Shown one piece after another: positions 19,207-29,393 of a stretch of DNA of 64,000 nucleotides. A program made the translations under genes and the position numbers. The notes beneath the pieces are model-generated. The model had not been told where the DNA came from. It was given only the letters and a program-made list of their open reading frames with translations, and did not search any database. This stretch comes from an uncultured Candidatus Saccharibacteria bacterium. GTDB lineage: Bacteria > Patescibacteriota > Minisyncoccia > SW-4-49-11. Every line of letters begins with the position of its first letter. Position 1 is the first letter of the stretch. The stretch covers positions 166,967-230,966 of the forward strand of contig CAZPCB010000002.1 of assembly GCA_964585065.1 (NCBI GenBank). Reading direction: 5' to 3'.

Positions 19207-19653
19207 TTATTTACGGAAGACAAAAAATTTATAACCAACAAAGCTCACAATCATTGATCCCCCTGTTCCTAATAGTTTACCAATAATTGCCGGATCTATC
19301 AATTGAGAGGGGATAAAAGATAAGGATAGTGGGAGGAGAATAGTTGCTGGCAATATGAATATGGTTAGCCTTAATATAGTGGTATTAACAATAAATCCTA
19401 AGGCATTCACAATGAGAAAACTCCCAAATTCTCGAGGCTTAGTTTTTTTCTTATGTTGAAAGGTAATATATTTATTGGCAAAATAACTAAATATAATAGC
19501 AGTAATTATGGAGATGAGATTAATATAGATAATAGAATGTGATTCATTAGAAATATTAAAGCTATATTTCAATAAAGCAAATACCCCGATATCAATCGAG
19601 GTATTTAGAACTCCAATAATAGCAAAGAGTATTATTTCACGTGTTTTTACCAA
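19207..19653 (-). CDS. GtrA-family membrane protein (polysaccharide synthesis/translocation-associated)
   Basis: Four-TM small protein of GtrA type. Apparent TTG start; no in-frame ATG near the N-terminus. Confidence 0.6.
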   Translation of the reverse strand: MVKTREIILFAIIGVLNTSIDIGVFALLKYSFNISNESHSIIYINLISIITAIIFSYFANKYITFQHKKKTKPREFGSFLIVNALGFIVNTTILRLTIFILPATILLPLSLSFIPSQLIDPAIIGKLLGTGGSMIVSFVGYKFFVFRK

Positions 19654-20339
19654 GGCTGTATTTTTAGTGGTTCATCAGAATTTTCTTCTTCAGATTTAGT
19701 ATCCTCTGAAGCTTCCTCTAGAAGGGGAGTATCATCTACAATTTCCTCATCAATGTCAATATTAGGGACTACTTCAGGAGTATCATTGAGATTAGATGGA
19801 GCATTCGTATTTATAATTCCAAGTGCTTGAGCTGATACTACATTTTCAATAGCTGCCCATTCACTTTTTTTGGTAAGTGGGGTGAGAATTGTTACTTCAT
19901 CACCAGGAGATAATCTAAAATAGGTTACAGAAGCAGTTAAAAGTCTATATAATTCATTTCCTACTTTTGCAAAATAACTATTATCTTGATAAATAATATT
20001 CCCAATAGCTCGACGTCGTGGAGCGGGTCCAATTTGCTTATAAATAAAAGCTCCATCAGCGGTAATAGTAAGCTTTAATTGATCTCCTTCAATTAATTTA
20101 GATTTACTAGCATAATTAGCAGGTACTGGATATTGTTTTTTGGTGTCATCCACCATATATTCACCAGTAAATTCTCCAAGAACAACTTTTTCAGCTTGCC
20201 CAACTACACTTACATAGGATTGATTAGCCCCTGCAACTTGAGTCAACATAGCACGAGCTTGATTGAGTCGAGCTTCTGCTTCTTTTACGATTTGTTCTAA
20301 CTCAGCAATTTGCTGAGATTTGTCCTCAGTATTTGACAT
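19647..20339 (-). CDS. Hypothetical protein (N-terminal coiled coil, acidic C-terminus)
   Basis: 230-aa ORF. TGaTATACT motif about 30 nt upstream. Confidence 0.4.
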   Translation of the reverse strand: MSNTEDKSQQIAELEQIVKEAEARLNQARAMLTQVAGANQSYVSVVGQAEKVVLGEFTGEYMVDDTKKQYPVPANYASKSKLIEGDQLKLTITADGAFIYKQIGPAPRRRAIGNIIYQDNSYFAKVGNELYRLLTASVTYFRLSPGDEVTILTPLTKKSEWAAIENVVSAQALGIINTNAPSNLNDTPEVVPNIDIDEEIVDDTPLLEEASEDTKSEEENSDEPLKIQPW

Positions 20340-20399
20340 ATCTGTGCTTTTTATTTTGATATTATTACTACAATATTAGTATATCATATTGTAAATTTA

Positions 20400-20428
20400 T
20401 TGACAAGGGGATAATGAAACGGATATAA
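20400..20428 (+). promoter_or_regulatory. Consensus promoter TTGACA-17-TATAAT for tRNA-Leu
   Basis: TTGACA at 20400-20405, TATAAT at 20423-20428. The tRNA begins about 18 nt downstream. Confidence 0.6.
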
Positions 20429-20445
20429 TAGATAAGTTCGTATTG

Positions 20446-20528
20446 GCTGGTGTGGTGGAATGGTAGACACGAAGGACTCAAAATCCTTTGGAGGTAACTC
20501 CGTAACGGTTCAAGTCCGTTCACCAGCA
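20446..20528 (+). tRNA. tRNA-Leu (anticodon CAA), type II with long variable arm
   Basis: Acceptor GCTGGTG/CACCAGC. Anticodon stem AAGGA/TCCTT with loop CTCAAAA. Variable stem GGAG/CTCC. T-arm AACGG-TTCAAGT-CCGTT. No encoded CCA. Confidence 0.85.
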
Positions 20529-20534
20529 CAAGTA

Positions 20535-20568
20535 TAAAAAACCTCCCAATTCTTTGGGAGGTTTTTTA
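20535..20568. terminator. Bidirectional intrinsic terminator (AAAAAACCUCCCAA-uucu-UUGGGAGGUUUUUU)
   Basis: Perfect 9-bp GC-rich stem flanked by A-run and T-run. Sits between tRNA-Leu (+) and the 3' end of the minus-strand pilin gene. Confidence 0.6.
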
Positions 20569-20598
20569 TACTTGTTGTATTGCTATTGTGCTGGGATT

Positions 20599-22482
20599 TT
20601 AATCTAGGGTACCAATATAATTATATCGAGCTATATACATATCTCTATTACTAGTAGGTGTGAGTGAGATTTGATTAGTACCGCCAATACCAAATGTTGC
20701 AAAACTATTAAAGTCTCCCGCTATTACAAAACCTCCCAGTACCTTCCCAATTGCTATTCCTCTATCTGAACCCATTCCTCCAGCTCTTCGAGCCCAAGCA
20801 AGAGTCCCATCAGTATTATATTTAGCTATAAATACATCATCACTACCACTACTGGTCAGAATAGTCTGATTTGTTTCTCCCGGTCCAAAAGTAGCTGTTC
20901 CATTAAATTGCCCTGTTATAATACTACTTCCATCTATATTCCTCATTATATCAAAACTGCTATCATCATTTAGGCCCCCAGCTTTTTTAGCCCAGATTAA
21001 ACTACCATTATCACTATATTTAGCTATAAATATATCTGAACCACCACTGCTACTTAAGATGGTTTGATTTGTCTCTCCTGGTCCAAAAGTAGCTGTTCCT
21101 TGAAGGTTTCCTATTATAAGACTATCAGTATTAGGTAATGTTCTAACTGCTATGGGGCCATCCCAACCAATTCCACCAACCTTTCGAGCCCAAGCTAAGG
21201 TTCCATTAGTATTATATTTGGCTATAAATCCATCTATATCAGTAGTATTCGTCAATATAGTTTGATTTGCTTCTCCTTGTCCAAGAGTAATATTTCCATA
21301 AAAAGCTCCAATTATGATAGAGCTACCATCATTTAACATACTAACTCCTGTACTATCATCTATATCTGTACCACCAGCTTTTCGAGCCCAAGCAAGAGTC
21401 CCATCAGTATTATATTTAGCTATAAAAGCATCTCTATTCCCAGCATTAGCTACTAGAATAGTCTGATTTGTTTCTCCCGGTCCAAAAGTAGCTGTTCCCT
21501 GAAAGTATCCTACACTAATACTAGTCCCATCAGATAAAGTACTAATACCATAGCCACGTCCATAATCTCCTACTACACTACCAGTAACTCCTTTAGCCCA
21601 AGCAAGAGTCCCATTGGCATTATATTTAGCTATAAATGTGTTATTTGAGATAATACTATTTAATGTTGTTTGATTTGTTTCCCCTTGTCCAAACACTGCA
21701 GTCCCACTAATATAACCCGTTGTAATACTGCTCCCATCAGGAAGACAGCTAATACCATAGCTTATATCATAGTCATTTCCTCCATCCCGCCTAACCCAAG
21801 CCAAACTACCATCGATATTATATTTGGCTACAAATATATCATATCCACTCCCAACAGATGTACGTATGGTCTGATTTGTTTCTCCTGGGGCGAAGGTTGC
21901 ATTTCCTTGAAATAATCCTGTCACTATACTGCTCCCATCAGAATTAGTACACATTCCCCCTGTATTAATAATTTCTCCAGGACTTCCCCCAGCCCGCTTT
22001 GCAAAGTTAACTGGTGTTGCTGGAAGGGTAAAAGTTGTACTTTGAGATTCAGAAGTGAAAGTGGTATTATCAACACTATTAATTCCTCCCACTCCAATTT
22101 TACCATTTGTACTTTTTACTATATAAAAACCACTATTATTGATATCGGTGGAATATGAAGGGATGCTCGCAATATAATTGGGTACTAATACAGATAAATT
22201 TACCTTACCCGTACAAGAGGGTGCTCCTGTTTTACAAATTTCTAGAGAACTACCAGCAGGAACATTCTGGACATCAGTAGGATAAGCTCCAGTTTTGAGT
22301 GCATATTGTTCTATAGCTTGATAGAGAGTAAGGGCATCAGCTTTACGCTTATTGTCATTGACTTCAGTAATAATTCTACTTGGATTAAGAGTATATAATA
22401 CTGTAGCAAAGAGAACAGCAAGTAGAGCAATAACAAGAAGTATTTCGAGTAGGGTAAAACCTTTTTTTGTATAGGGTTTCAT
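20599..22482 (-). CDS. Type IV pilin-like protein with C-terminal SBBP-type beta-propeller repeats (putative pilus adhesin)
   Basis: Prepilin N-terminus MKPYTKKGFTLLEILLVIALLAV (class III signal, GFTLLE). About 8 tandem repeats of the form G..D.S.GIS.L.DGSSI..G.F.GTATFGPGETNQTIL....DAFIAKYN.DGTLAWARK.GG. Confidence 0.7.
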   Translation of the reverse strand: MKPYTKKGFTLLEILLVIALLAVLFATVLYTLNPSRIITEVNDNKRKADALTLYQAIEQYALKTGAYPTDVQNVPAGSSLEICKTGAPSCTGKVNLSVLVPNYIASIPSYSTDINNSGFYIVKSTNGKIGVGGINSVDNTTFTSESQSTTFTLPATPVNFAKRAGGSPGEIINTGGMCTNSDGSSIVTGLFQGNATFAPGETNQTIRTSVGSGYDIFVAKYNIDGSLAWVRRDGGNDYDISYGISCLPDGSSITTGYISGTAVFGQGETNQTTLNSIISNNTFIAKYNANGTLAWAKGVTGSVVGDYGRGYGISTLSDGTSISVGYFQGTATFGPGETNQTILVANAGNRDAFIAKYNTDGTLAWARKAGGTDIDDSTGVSMLNDGSSIIIGAFYGNITLGQGEANQTILTNTTDIDGFIAKYNTNGTLAWARKVGGIGWDGPIAVRTLPNTDSLIIGNLQGTATFGPGETNQTILSSSGGSDIFIAKYSDNGSLIWAKKAGGLNDDSSFDIMRNIDGSSIITGQFNGTATFGPGETNQTILTSSGSDDVFIAKYNTDGTLAWARRAGGMGSDRGIAIGKVLGGFVIAGDFNSFATFGIGGTNQISLTPTSNRDMYIARYNYIGTLD

Positions 22483-22587
22483 AATATATATTTTATTTCT
22501 AGATTAAGTTTAGTATAGCATAAAACTGTTATTGAGTGTATAGGGACTTTATGCTATACTTATACACATAAATCATTAAAATAATAT

Positions 22588-23910
22588 ATGTTGGATATAC
22601 TATATATTAAGGCAAATCAAGATTTTATTATTGAAGTTGCTAAAAATAAAAAAGTTGCTATAGATATAAATAAGTTATTGTCATTATACGAGGAGCGTCA
22701 AAATCTTTTGCAACAAATCGAGCAATTACGGGCGGATAAAAATACTATTGCTGATGAGATGAAGCAGATAGCAACTTTGTCTGGGGATGAGAAATCTGTA
22801 TTGATAGAGAGAGGAAAAGAGATTAAAGATTCTCTTAATACTTTAGAATTACAATATGAGAAAATAGATAGTGAATATCAGAATATTCTTTATCAAGTCC
22901 CGAATATATATTCCGAAGATACTCCTATTGGTTTATCTGAAGATGAGAATGTAATTCTAAGGCAAGTGGGGGAGAAGCCAAATTTTGATTTTACTCCTTT
23001 GGAGCATTGGCAATTAGGCAAAACTCTCAATCTTATTGATACTGAGAAATCAGCTGAAGTCTCAGGTTCTCGATTTGCGTATATCAAAGGAGATTTAGTA
23101 TTATTACAATTTGCTTTAATACAATGGGTATTATCTACCCTACAAGATACTACATTAATTGAATCTATTGCAAAAGGAGCGGGCTTAGAAGTATCTAATA
23201 AATCTTATAATCCTGTATTGCCCCCAGTTCTTATGCGACCTGATGTGATGAACCGTATGGGGAGGTTAGACCCTATTGATGATAGGTATCAGACTACGGA
23301 AGATGGGTTAATGTTAGTGGGGAGTGCCGAGCATACTTTAGGACCAATACATATAGATGAAATTCTAGATCAAAAACAATTACCTCTTCGATATGTAGGG
23401 TATTCTACTGCTTTTCGCCGTGAGGCAGGTACATATGGTAAAGATATGAAGGGAATATTACGACTTCATCAATTTGATAAAATTGAAATTGAGGTATTTA
23501 GTGATAAAGATAGTGGATTCGCTGAGCAAGAACTGATTCTAGCTATACAAGAATATTTGATGCAAAAATTAGAATTACCCTATCAAGTGGTACTCAAATG
23601 TTCAGGAGATATGGGAACTCCCGATGTGAGAGCCTATGATATTGAGACTTGGTTACCTGGGCAAAATCAATATAGAGAAACCCACACCTCAGATTATATG
23701 GGAGACTTTCAAGCTCGAAGATTACAAACTCGATATAAAGATAGCGATGGGCAAAAACATTTCATACATATGAATGATGCCACCGTATTTGCAATTGGCC
23801 GAATATTAATTGCTATTATGGAAAATTATCAGCAGGCTGATGGAAGTATTCGTATTCCACAAATCCTACAATCATATATTCATAAAGATAGTATTACCAA
23901 TACAAAATAA
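22588..23910 (+). CDS. serS: Serine--tRNA ligase
   Basis: N-terminal coiled-coil arm. Class II motif 2 (FRREAGTYGKDMKGILRLHQFDKIE). Confidence 0.9.
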   Translation: MLDILYIKANQDFIIEVAKNKKVAIDINKLLSLYEERQNLLQQIEQLRADKNTIADEMKQIATLSGDEKSVLIERGKEIKDSLNTLELQYEKIDSEYQNILYQVPNIYSEDTPIGLSEDENVILRQVGEKPNFDFTPLEHWQLGKTLNLIDTEKSAEVSGSRFAYIKGDLVLLQFALIQWVLSTLQDTTLIESIAKGAGLEVSNKSYNPVLPPVLMRPDVMNRMGRLDPIDDRYQTTEDGLMLVGSAEHTLGPIHIDEILDQKQLPLRYVGYSTAFRREAGTYGKDMKGILRLHQFDKIEIEVFSDKDSGFAEQELILAIQEYLMQKLELPYQVVLKCSGDMGTPDVRAYDIETWLPGQNQYRETHTSDYMGDFQARRLQTRYKDSDGQKHFIHMNDATVFAIGRILIAIMENYQQADGSIRIPQILQSYIHKDSITNTK

Positions 23911-23911
23911 T

Positions 23912-25147
23912 ATGTTAATCAGATTAATAAAATCTTCTTGCTTAGTAATCGGGATGCTATTGATATTGGCTCTCCCTATTTTGAGTTTTGCTCAGGATGA
24001 TGTAATGACTGAACCTAATATTTCAGAGTCTAATAATACTGTTACGGAAGACTTGGGTTCCCCAGAGGCTATATCCTATAATAAGCCAGATTCTTTTTAT
24101 CGTGCAGAAGTACAAGGAGTTGAGAGTAAAGAAACAGAGATTTTAGGAAGAAAAGTAACTTCTCAAAATCTCACAATGAAAATTTTAGATAAAGATAAAA
24201 AAGGAGAAATTATAGTTGTAGATAATGGGGGAGGAGCTGATTTACAAGAAAGTCAAATATATAAAAAAGGAGATATATTAATTGTAGTTAAGACAAGAGT
24301 TGGGGGGTCTGATCAATATTATGTCCAAGATAGATATCGATTACCAGGACTATTTGGAATGATAGCAGTATTCTTAATTCTTACAATTGTTTTTGCTCGA
24401 AGGCAGGGGATAGGATCTATTATTGGACTTATTGCAAGCATAGGAATTCTGGTCGGATATCTTGTCCCTGCATTATTGGGGGGGCAGAATCCTGTATTAG
24501 TAACCTTTATAGCGAGCATAGCTATTATTACTTTGACTTTATTTATTTCGCATGGATTTAGAGTCAGGACCTTTATATCTTTTGTTGCTATGAATATTAC
24601 ACTTGGACTTGCTTATGGAATATCCGTGATATTCGTATATATGGCACATATGTTTGGAGTAGGGAGTGAAGATACATTTTATCTTGCCTCTATTAGTAGT
24701 GTAGATTTAGATTTGAGGGGGATATTGCTTGCTGGGGTAATTATTGGTATGCTTGGAGTATTAGATGATGTAACTGTTGCTCAGGCCGCAACAATTGATG
24801 AGATAAAGCGGGCTAATCCTAAAACACGATTTAAACAATTATATACAGCCGGTATGTCGGTAGGACGCGATCATATTGCCTCATTAGTTAATACTCTTGC
24901 CTTAGCTTATGTAGGGTCAAGTTTGCCATTATTCTTATTACTTTATATTAATAGTGCTAATGTCCCAATTTGGGTGACATTGAATTCTGAATTTATTGCT
25001 CAAGAATTAATTCGTACAATGGCGGGAAGTATTGCAATTGTCTTAGCCGTCCCTATTACGAGTTTGATAGCGGCCAAAGTATTCGATAATTATATACATA
25101 AACCAAGGGATACACATGATATTGCTCATCATGGACATAGTCATTAA
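23912..25147 (+). CDS. YibE/F-like polytopic membrane protein with His-rich C-terminus
   Basis: Start reassigned to the ATG at 23912 just after the serS stop. Signal/TM segment followed by multiple TM segments. C-terminal HDIAHHGHSH. Confidence 0.4.
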   Translation: MLIRLIKSSCLVIGMLLILALPILSFAQDDVMTEPNISESNNTVTEDLGSPEAISYNKPDSFYRAEVQGVESKETEILGRKVTSQNLTMKILDKDKKGEIIVVDNGGGADLQESQIYKKGDILIVVKTRVGGSDQYYVQDRYRLPGLFGMIAVFLILTIVFARRQGIGSIIGLIASIGILVGYLVPALLGGQNPVLVTFIASIAIITLTLFISHGFRVRTFISFVAMNITLGLAYGISVIFVYMAHMFGVGSEDTFYLASISSVDLDLRGILLAGVIIGMLGVLDDVTVAQAATIDEIKRANPKTRFKQLYTAGMSVGRDHIASLVNTLALAYVGSSLPLFLLLYINSANVPIWVTLNSEFIAQELIRTMAGSIAIVLAVPITSLIAAKVFDNYIHKPRDTHDIAHHGHSH

Positions 25148-25208
25148 TTGATATATTCATAATTCTTATGATATACTATAAAAGAATTATAAAGATTAAG
25201 ATATAGAT

Positions 25209-25865
25209 ATGAGCGATATAACAGAAAATAATTTTATTGGAAAAGGAATACTTATTGTTACGGTATTAGTAGTGATAGGTGCTATTGTTTGGGGACTTAA
25301 TACTCAAAGTTCAGGATCTCGTAATGTAAATGTAGAAGTTACAGATGAGGATACTTATCTTGGAAATAAAGATGCCAAAGTTACTCTAGTAGAATATTCT
25401 GATTTTCAATGTCCTGCATGTAAGGCTTATGAAGATATTGTGAAACAACTTCGGGATTCTTATAGTCCAGAGGATTTAAAATTTGTATATAGACATTTCC
25501 CACTTCGTAGTATTCACCCTAATGCTGATATTGCCGCTCAAGCTGCCGAAGCTGCAGGTGAGGAGGGGAAATTCTGGGAAATGAAATCTCTCTTATTCGA
25601 AAAACAATCTGAATGGGAAAAGGAAAAAGATCCTAAGGGATTATTCGGAGCTTATGCAAAATCATTAGGAATAGATGTAGGTAAATTTGATGAGGATTTG
25701 AAAGCAGATGACGATTCAAAAGAGCGAGTAGAAAAAGATTATCAATCAGGAGTTGCTCTTGATATTGCCTCTACACCCACCTTTATACTAAATGGAGTAA
25801 TTATCAAAAACCCTCAAAGTGTTGATGAATTCAAATCTCTTATTGATGCTGAACTCAAGAAATAA
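25209..25865 (+). CDS. Membrane-anchored DsbA-family thiol:disulfide oxidoreductase
   Basis: N-terminal TM anchor. Thioredoxin fold with CxxC active site (DFQCPACKAY). Confidence 0.65.
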   Translation: MSDITENNFIGKGILIVTVLVVIGAIVWGLNTQSSGSRNVNVEVTDEDTYLGNKDAKVTLVEYSDFQCPACKAYEDIVKQLRDSYSPEDLKFVYRHFPLRSIHPNADIAAQAAEAAGEEGKFWEMKSLLFEKQSEWEKEKDPKGLFGAYAKSLGIDVGKFDEDLKADDDSKERVEKDYQSGVALDIASTPTFILNGVIIKNPQSVDEFKSLIDAELKK

Positions 25866-25873
25866 TTTAGTCC

Positions 25874-26449
25874 ATGATAGCAAAGCCTGACTTTGAACAT
25901 GTCGTATTAGTAACTGAGCTCGATGAAGTAATTGGAGTAGCACCAAAATCTGAGGTGCATACTCTCACAACCCCTCTTCATCGAGCTTTTTCTTTATTCC
26001 TATTCCGACCTGGGGACAGGCAATTCCTTATTCAGCAAAGATGGCGGTGTAAGAAAACCTGGCCCCTTGTATGGTCTAATAGTTGTTGTGGACATCCGGA
26101 ACTTGGTGAGGCTACTATTGATGCGGTCAGGAGACGAGCAAAATTTGAATTGGGAGTTGAGAATTTTGATATATTAGAAGAGGTGAGCCCTTATCGTTAT
26201 ACCTTTGAGCGAGATGGAGTCGTAGAAAATGAAATATGTCCTATTTATTTTGGTATTAGTTCAGACCCAATTCACCCTCATCCCGAGGAGGTGGAAGCTT
26301 ATCGTTGGCTTAGCTGGGATCAATTTGTGAGTGAGGCTTTTGCTGATGATAAGACATTCTCCGAATGGTGCCGAGAAGAATTGAGATTATTAGAGCAAAC
26401 ACAATTATTCAAGGATTTTATGAAAATTAATATAATTGTCATACTTTGA
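25874..26449 (+). CDS. idi: Isopentenyl-diphosphate delta-isomerase, type 1 (Nudix fold)
   Basis: LHRAFSLFLF...WSNSCCGHP...ENEICP match the E. coli Idi catalytic Cys and Glu regions. Confidence 0.8.
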   Translation: MIAKPDFEHVVLVTELDEVIGVAPKSEVHTLTTPLHRAFSLFLFRPGDRQFLIQQRWRCKKTWPLVWSNSCCGHPELGEATIDAVRRRAKFELGVENFDILEEVSPYRYTFERDGVVENEICPIYFGISSDPIHPHPEEVEAYRWLSWDQFVSEAFADDKTFSEWCREELRLLEQTQLFKDFMKINIIVIL

Positions 26450-26510
26450 CAAAATACTAATACAAGCTATACTATAAGTACATGCTGTTCGGCATGCCTG
26501 TCCCATTATC

Positions 26511-26819
26511 ATGGTGATTGACATGGCTCAGACTCAGTTTGGATTCTTAACTCGAGAAAGAGAAGAGGAAATTGTGGAGAGAGGAATATTAGCTTTACAA
26601 CCACAATTCCATACTTTTTTCCTTCGCCGAGAGCCTCGAGTTCGTGATTGGGAAGAATCACTTTGGATATTAAGGAAACAAATGTGTCATACCTTTATCC
26701 AAAATGGTATGAAAGCAAAGCAAGCAGAGAAACATACAGATCATATTCTTGAATCTATATTGACACAACTTGTGCTGAAGGAATTTGCTCATATCATCAA
26801 TCCCAATGAAAACATATAA
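26511..26819 (+). CDS. Hypothetical protein
   Basis: 102-aa ORF with ATG start. No recognisable motifs. Confidence 0.35.
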   Translation: MVIDMAQTQFGFLTREREEEIVERGILALQPQFHTFFLRREPRVRDWEESLWILRKQMCHTFIQNGMKAKQAEKHTDHILESILTQLVLKEFAHIINPNENI

Positions 26820-26925
26820 AGCTCTGTATATCCCGCCTTCTCTTATGTTGGTGGGAATTTTTTCTTTTGACCATATAAACATATTATGGTATATATAATA
26901 TGTCTTGTATTGGGTCTATTCCCTT

Positions 26926-27225
26926 ATGTCACATCTGAATCGCCGTCAAACAATTATTGTTGGATTTGGGGGATTAACTCTAGGACTTGTAGGGGGATTA
27001 GTTTTTCAAAGCCTCTTAGTAACTACTACTCCAAAGATGAAATTACCTGATGATTTATCTCAGACATATCAGGTGCTTGCCAGGAGAACCTTTATTCTAG
27101 CACCTGGACAATGTGAACTCGGATCCTTGGATTATCCAGTTAAAACTCCTATCAATACCTCTCAATCTATCATTCTAGTATGTGGTAAGGGTATAGATGG
27201 GAGAGTAGTTACCAATTTCCCTTAA
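26926..27225 (+). CDS. Hypothetical small secreted/membrane protein
   Basis: The ORF track begins at a TTG (26905). The first in-frame ATG is at 26926. Hydrophobic N-terminal segment. Confidence 0.3.
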   Translation: MSHLNRRQTIIVGFGGLTLGLVGGLVFQSLLVTTTPKMKLPDDLSQTYQVLARRTFILAPGQCELGSLDYPVKTPINTSQSIILVCGKGIDGRVVTNFP

Positions 27226-27267
27226 TATCTCAATTCTATGAGCCACCCCAAGGGATGGCTTTTTCTT

Positions 27268-28218
27268 TTATACTTTATTATCTTCTTCTAATTTATGAAT
27301 ATAGCTATAAGCTGATAAGGCGGCTTTGACAGCGTCTCCAGCGGAGATATTATTTTGCTTATAAGCTTCATCGGTTATATCTCCGGCGGCGAATATTCCT
27401 GCTTGTGAAGTAGTGCCATATTTATGATCTAGTATGATTTCTCCAATTTGATTGGTATTAACTAGATGCTTGACTATATCTGAATTCGGAAGAGATCCAA
27501 TTTCAATAAATAACCCTGTAATAGCAAGCTCACTGTTCTCTTGTGTTTTGAGATTCTGATAATGAACTCCTGTCATTAATTTTTCTCCGAATATATCAGT
27601 GACTACCGTATTATAAAGTATACCTTTGAAATTAGGGTGTTTTTGAATTTTCTCAGCAGTTTGAGGGTCTCCCTTTAGTTCATCACTACGATTAAAGAGA
27701 TAGACTTCACTGGCATAGGATAGTAAATCTAATACACTTTCGAGACCCGCATTTCCTCCTCCCACGACAGCTACTTTTTGTCCTTCAAAAAACGGAGCAT
27801 CACAAGTAGCACAATAAGCTACACCTTTTGCGGAGAATTCTGCCTCTCCAGGAATATCTAATTTGCGACGATGTGCTCCCATACCAAGAATTAAGGTTTT
27901 AGTTTGAAAGGTTTTACCTCCTTCAGTCACAATTTCATATACAGGGTAGGGGCTTTCACTAATTTGATTAATACTGATAACTTTATCTATTAAAGTCTCA
28001 AGTCCTGATTGGGCTTTGATATGCGCCTCAAACTTTTGGGCTAAATCAAATCCAGAAATTCTAATATCTCCAATCCAATTATCAATATCATTAGATACTA
28101 CTGATTGCCCTCCAAAACCATCGGTAATAAGTATGGCTTTTAATTGTTTGCGGGCGGCATATATAGAGGCGGCAGTTCCTGTAGGCCCTCCTCCAATAAT
28201 AATAGTGTCATAAATCAT
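27268..28218 (-). CDS. trxB: Thioredoxin-disulfide reductase
   Basis: FAD motif IIGGGPTGTAA, redox-active CATCD, NADPH motif VVGGGNAG. Confidence 0.9.
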   Translation of the reverse strand: MIYDTIIIGGGPTGTAASIYAARKQLKAILITDGFGGQSVVSNDIDNWIGDIRISGFDLAQKFEAHIKAQSGLETLIDKVISINQISESPYPVYEIVTEGGKTFQTKTLILGMGAHRRKLDIPGEAEFSAKGVAYCATCDAPFFEGQKVAVVGGGNAGLESVLDLLSYASEVYLFNRSDELKGDPQTAEKIQKHPNFKGILYNTVVTDIFGEKLMTGVHYQNLKTQENSELAITGLFIEIGSLPNSDIVKHLVNTNQIGEIILDHKYGTTSQAGIFAAGDITDEAYKQNNISAGDAVKAALSAYSYIHKLEEDNKV

Positions 28219-28301
28219 ATTTGCTTGAGTTTAATGAGAATGTATTTTGATAATATAGGAATATTTGATATACTTATATCATAATAGAATAATAATATAA
28301 T

Positions 28302-29045
28302 ATGGGAAATAAATCAATTTTATTAGTAGTAGCTTCCATTTTACTTTCAGGTATGATGATTGCAACAGCAATAATATTCAATGGATATCAGAGTAGAAGT
28401 AATAATAATACGGCTACGAATGATTTACCACAAGTTGATAATAATGACCCAGTAGAGGCGCGCGATATTAATGTTGATATTTCTGATGATACTCCATATC
28501 TTGGAAAAAAATCAGAGGCCAAAATTGCAATTATAGAGTTTAGCGATTATGAATGTCCTTTTTGTAAAAAATTCCATGAAGGAGCAAGACCTGATATAAT
28601 TGACAAATATGTAAATACTGGAAAAGCAATATTAGCTTGGAAAGATTATCCATTAGAATTCCATGATCCTCTTGCAACCAAGCAAGCGATAGCAGCTCAA
28701 TGTGCATATGAACAAAAAGGAAATGAGGGATATTTTGCATATGCTGATTTGATATTCAATAAAACTGAAAGTGGTGGAGATGGAATGAAAGAAGAAGAAT
28801 TAAATATATTAGCTAAAGGGATAGAGGGGCTTGATACTGCGAAATTTGATACTTGTCTGAAAGAAGAAAAAACTCTCAATAAAGTAAAAGCAGGTACAAA
28901 ATTTGGTAATGATAATGGAATTACGGGAACTCCTGGATTTATTATTGGAAAATTAGAAAATGGTAAATTAGTTGGGGGTATTCGAATTGCAGGGGCTTTA
29001 CCACTCGCAACATTCCAAGGATATCTTGATGACCTTTTGAAATAA
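28302..29045 (+). CDS. Membrane-anchored DsbA-family thiol:disulfide oxidoreductase (second copy)
   Basis: TM anchor and CxxC motif FSDYECPFCKKFH. Confidence 0.65.
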   Translation: MGNKSILLVVASILLSGMMIATAIIFNGYQSRSNNNTATNDLPQVDNNDPVEARDINVDISDDTPYLGKKSEAKIAIIEFSDYECPFCKKFHEGARPDIIDKYVNTGKAILAWKDYPLEFHDPLATKQAIAAQCAYEQKGNEGYFAYADLIFNKTESGGDGMKEEELNILAKGIEGLDTAKFDTCLKEEKTLNKVKAGTKFGNDNGITGTPGFIIGKLENGKLVGGIRIAGALPLATFQGYLDDLLK

Positions 29046-29077
29046 TATGCTATACTAATAATGTAAATTAATAATAA

Positions 29078-29329
29078 ATGATTATGAGTACTCCCAATAT
29101 ACAAATTTATTCAACTCCTACCTGTGGGTTTTGTAAACAAGCCAAAGAATTCTTAGCTGAGAATAACATTCCCTTTGTTGACTATAATGTAGCGGCTGAT
29201 GCTGAAAAGCGAAATGAATTAGTTGAAAAAAGTGGTCAGCTTGGTGTCCCAGTTATTGATGTAGATGGTCAAATTCTCATCGGTTATGATAGAGCTACTT
29301 TAGCAAAACTTGTAGGAATTGAGGCCTAA
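29078..29329 (+). CDS. Glutaredoxin-family small redox protein
   Basis: 83 aa. IQIYSTPTCGFCKQAKEFL is a glutaredoxin/NrdH-like CxxC motif. Confidence 0.6.
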   Translation: MIMSTPNIQIYSTPTCGFCKQAKEFLAENNIPFVDYNVAADAEKRNELVEKSGQLGVPVIDVDGQILIGYDRATLAKLVGIEA

Positions 29330-29342
29330 ATCAATTCCAAAC

Positions 29343-29378
29343 AAAAAAGACAGACTGTAAAATCTGTCTTTTTTGTTT
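29343..29378. terminator. Bidirectional intrinsic terminator (AAAAGACAGA-cuguaaaa-UCUGUCUUUU)
   Basis: Hairpin flanked by A-run and T-run between convergent glutaredoxin and peroxiredoxin genes. Confidence 0.6.
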
Positions 29379-29393
29379 TATGAAGAGAATAGA

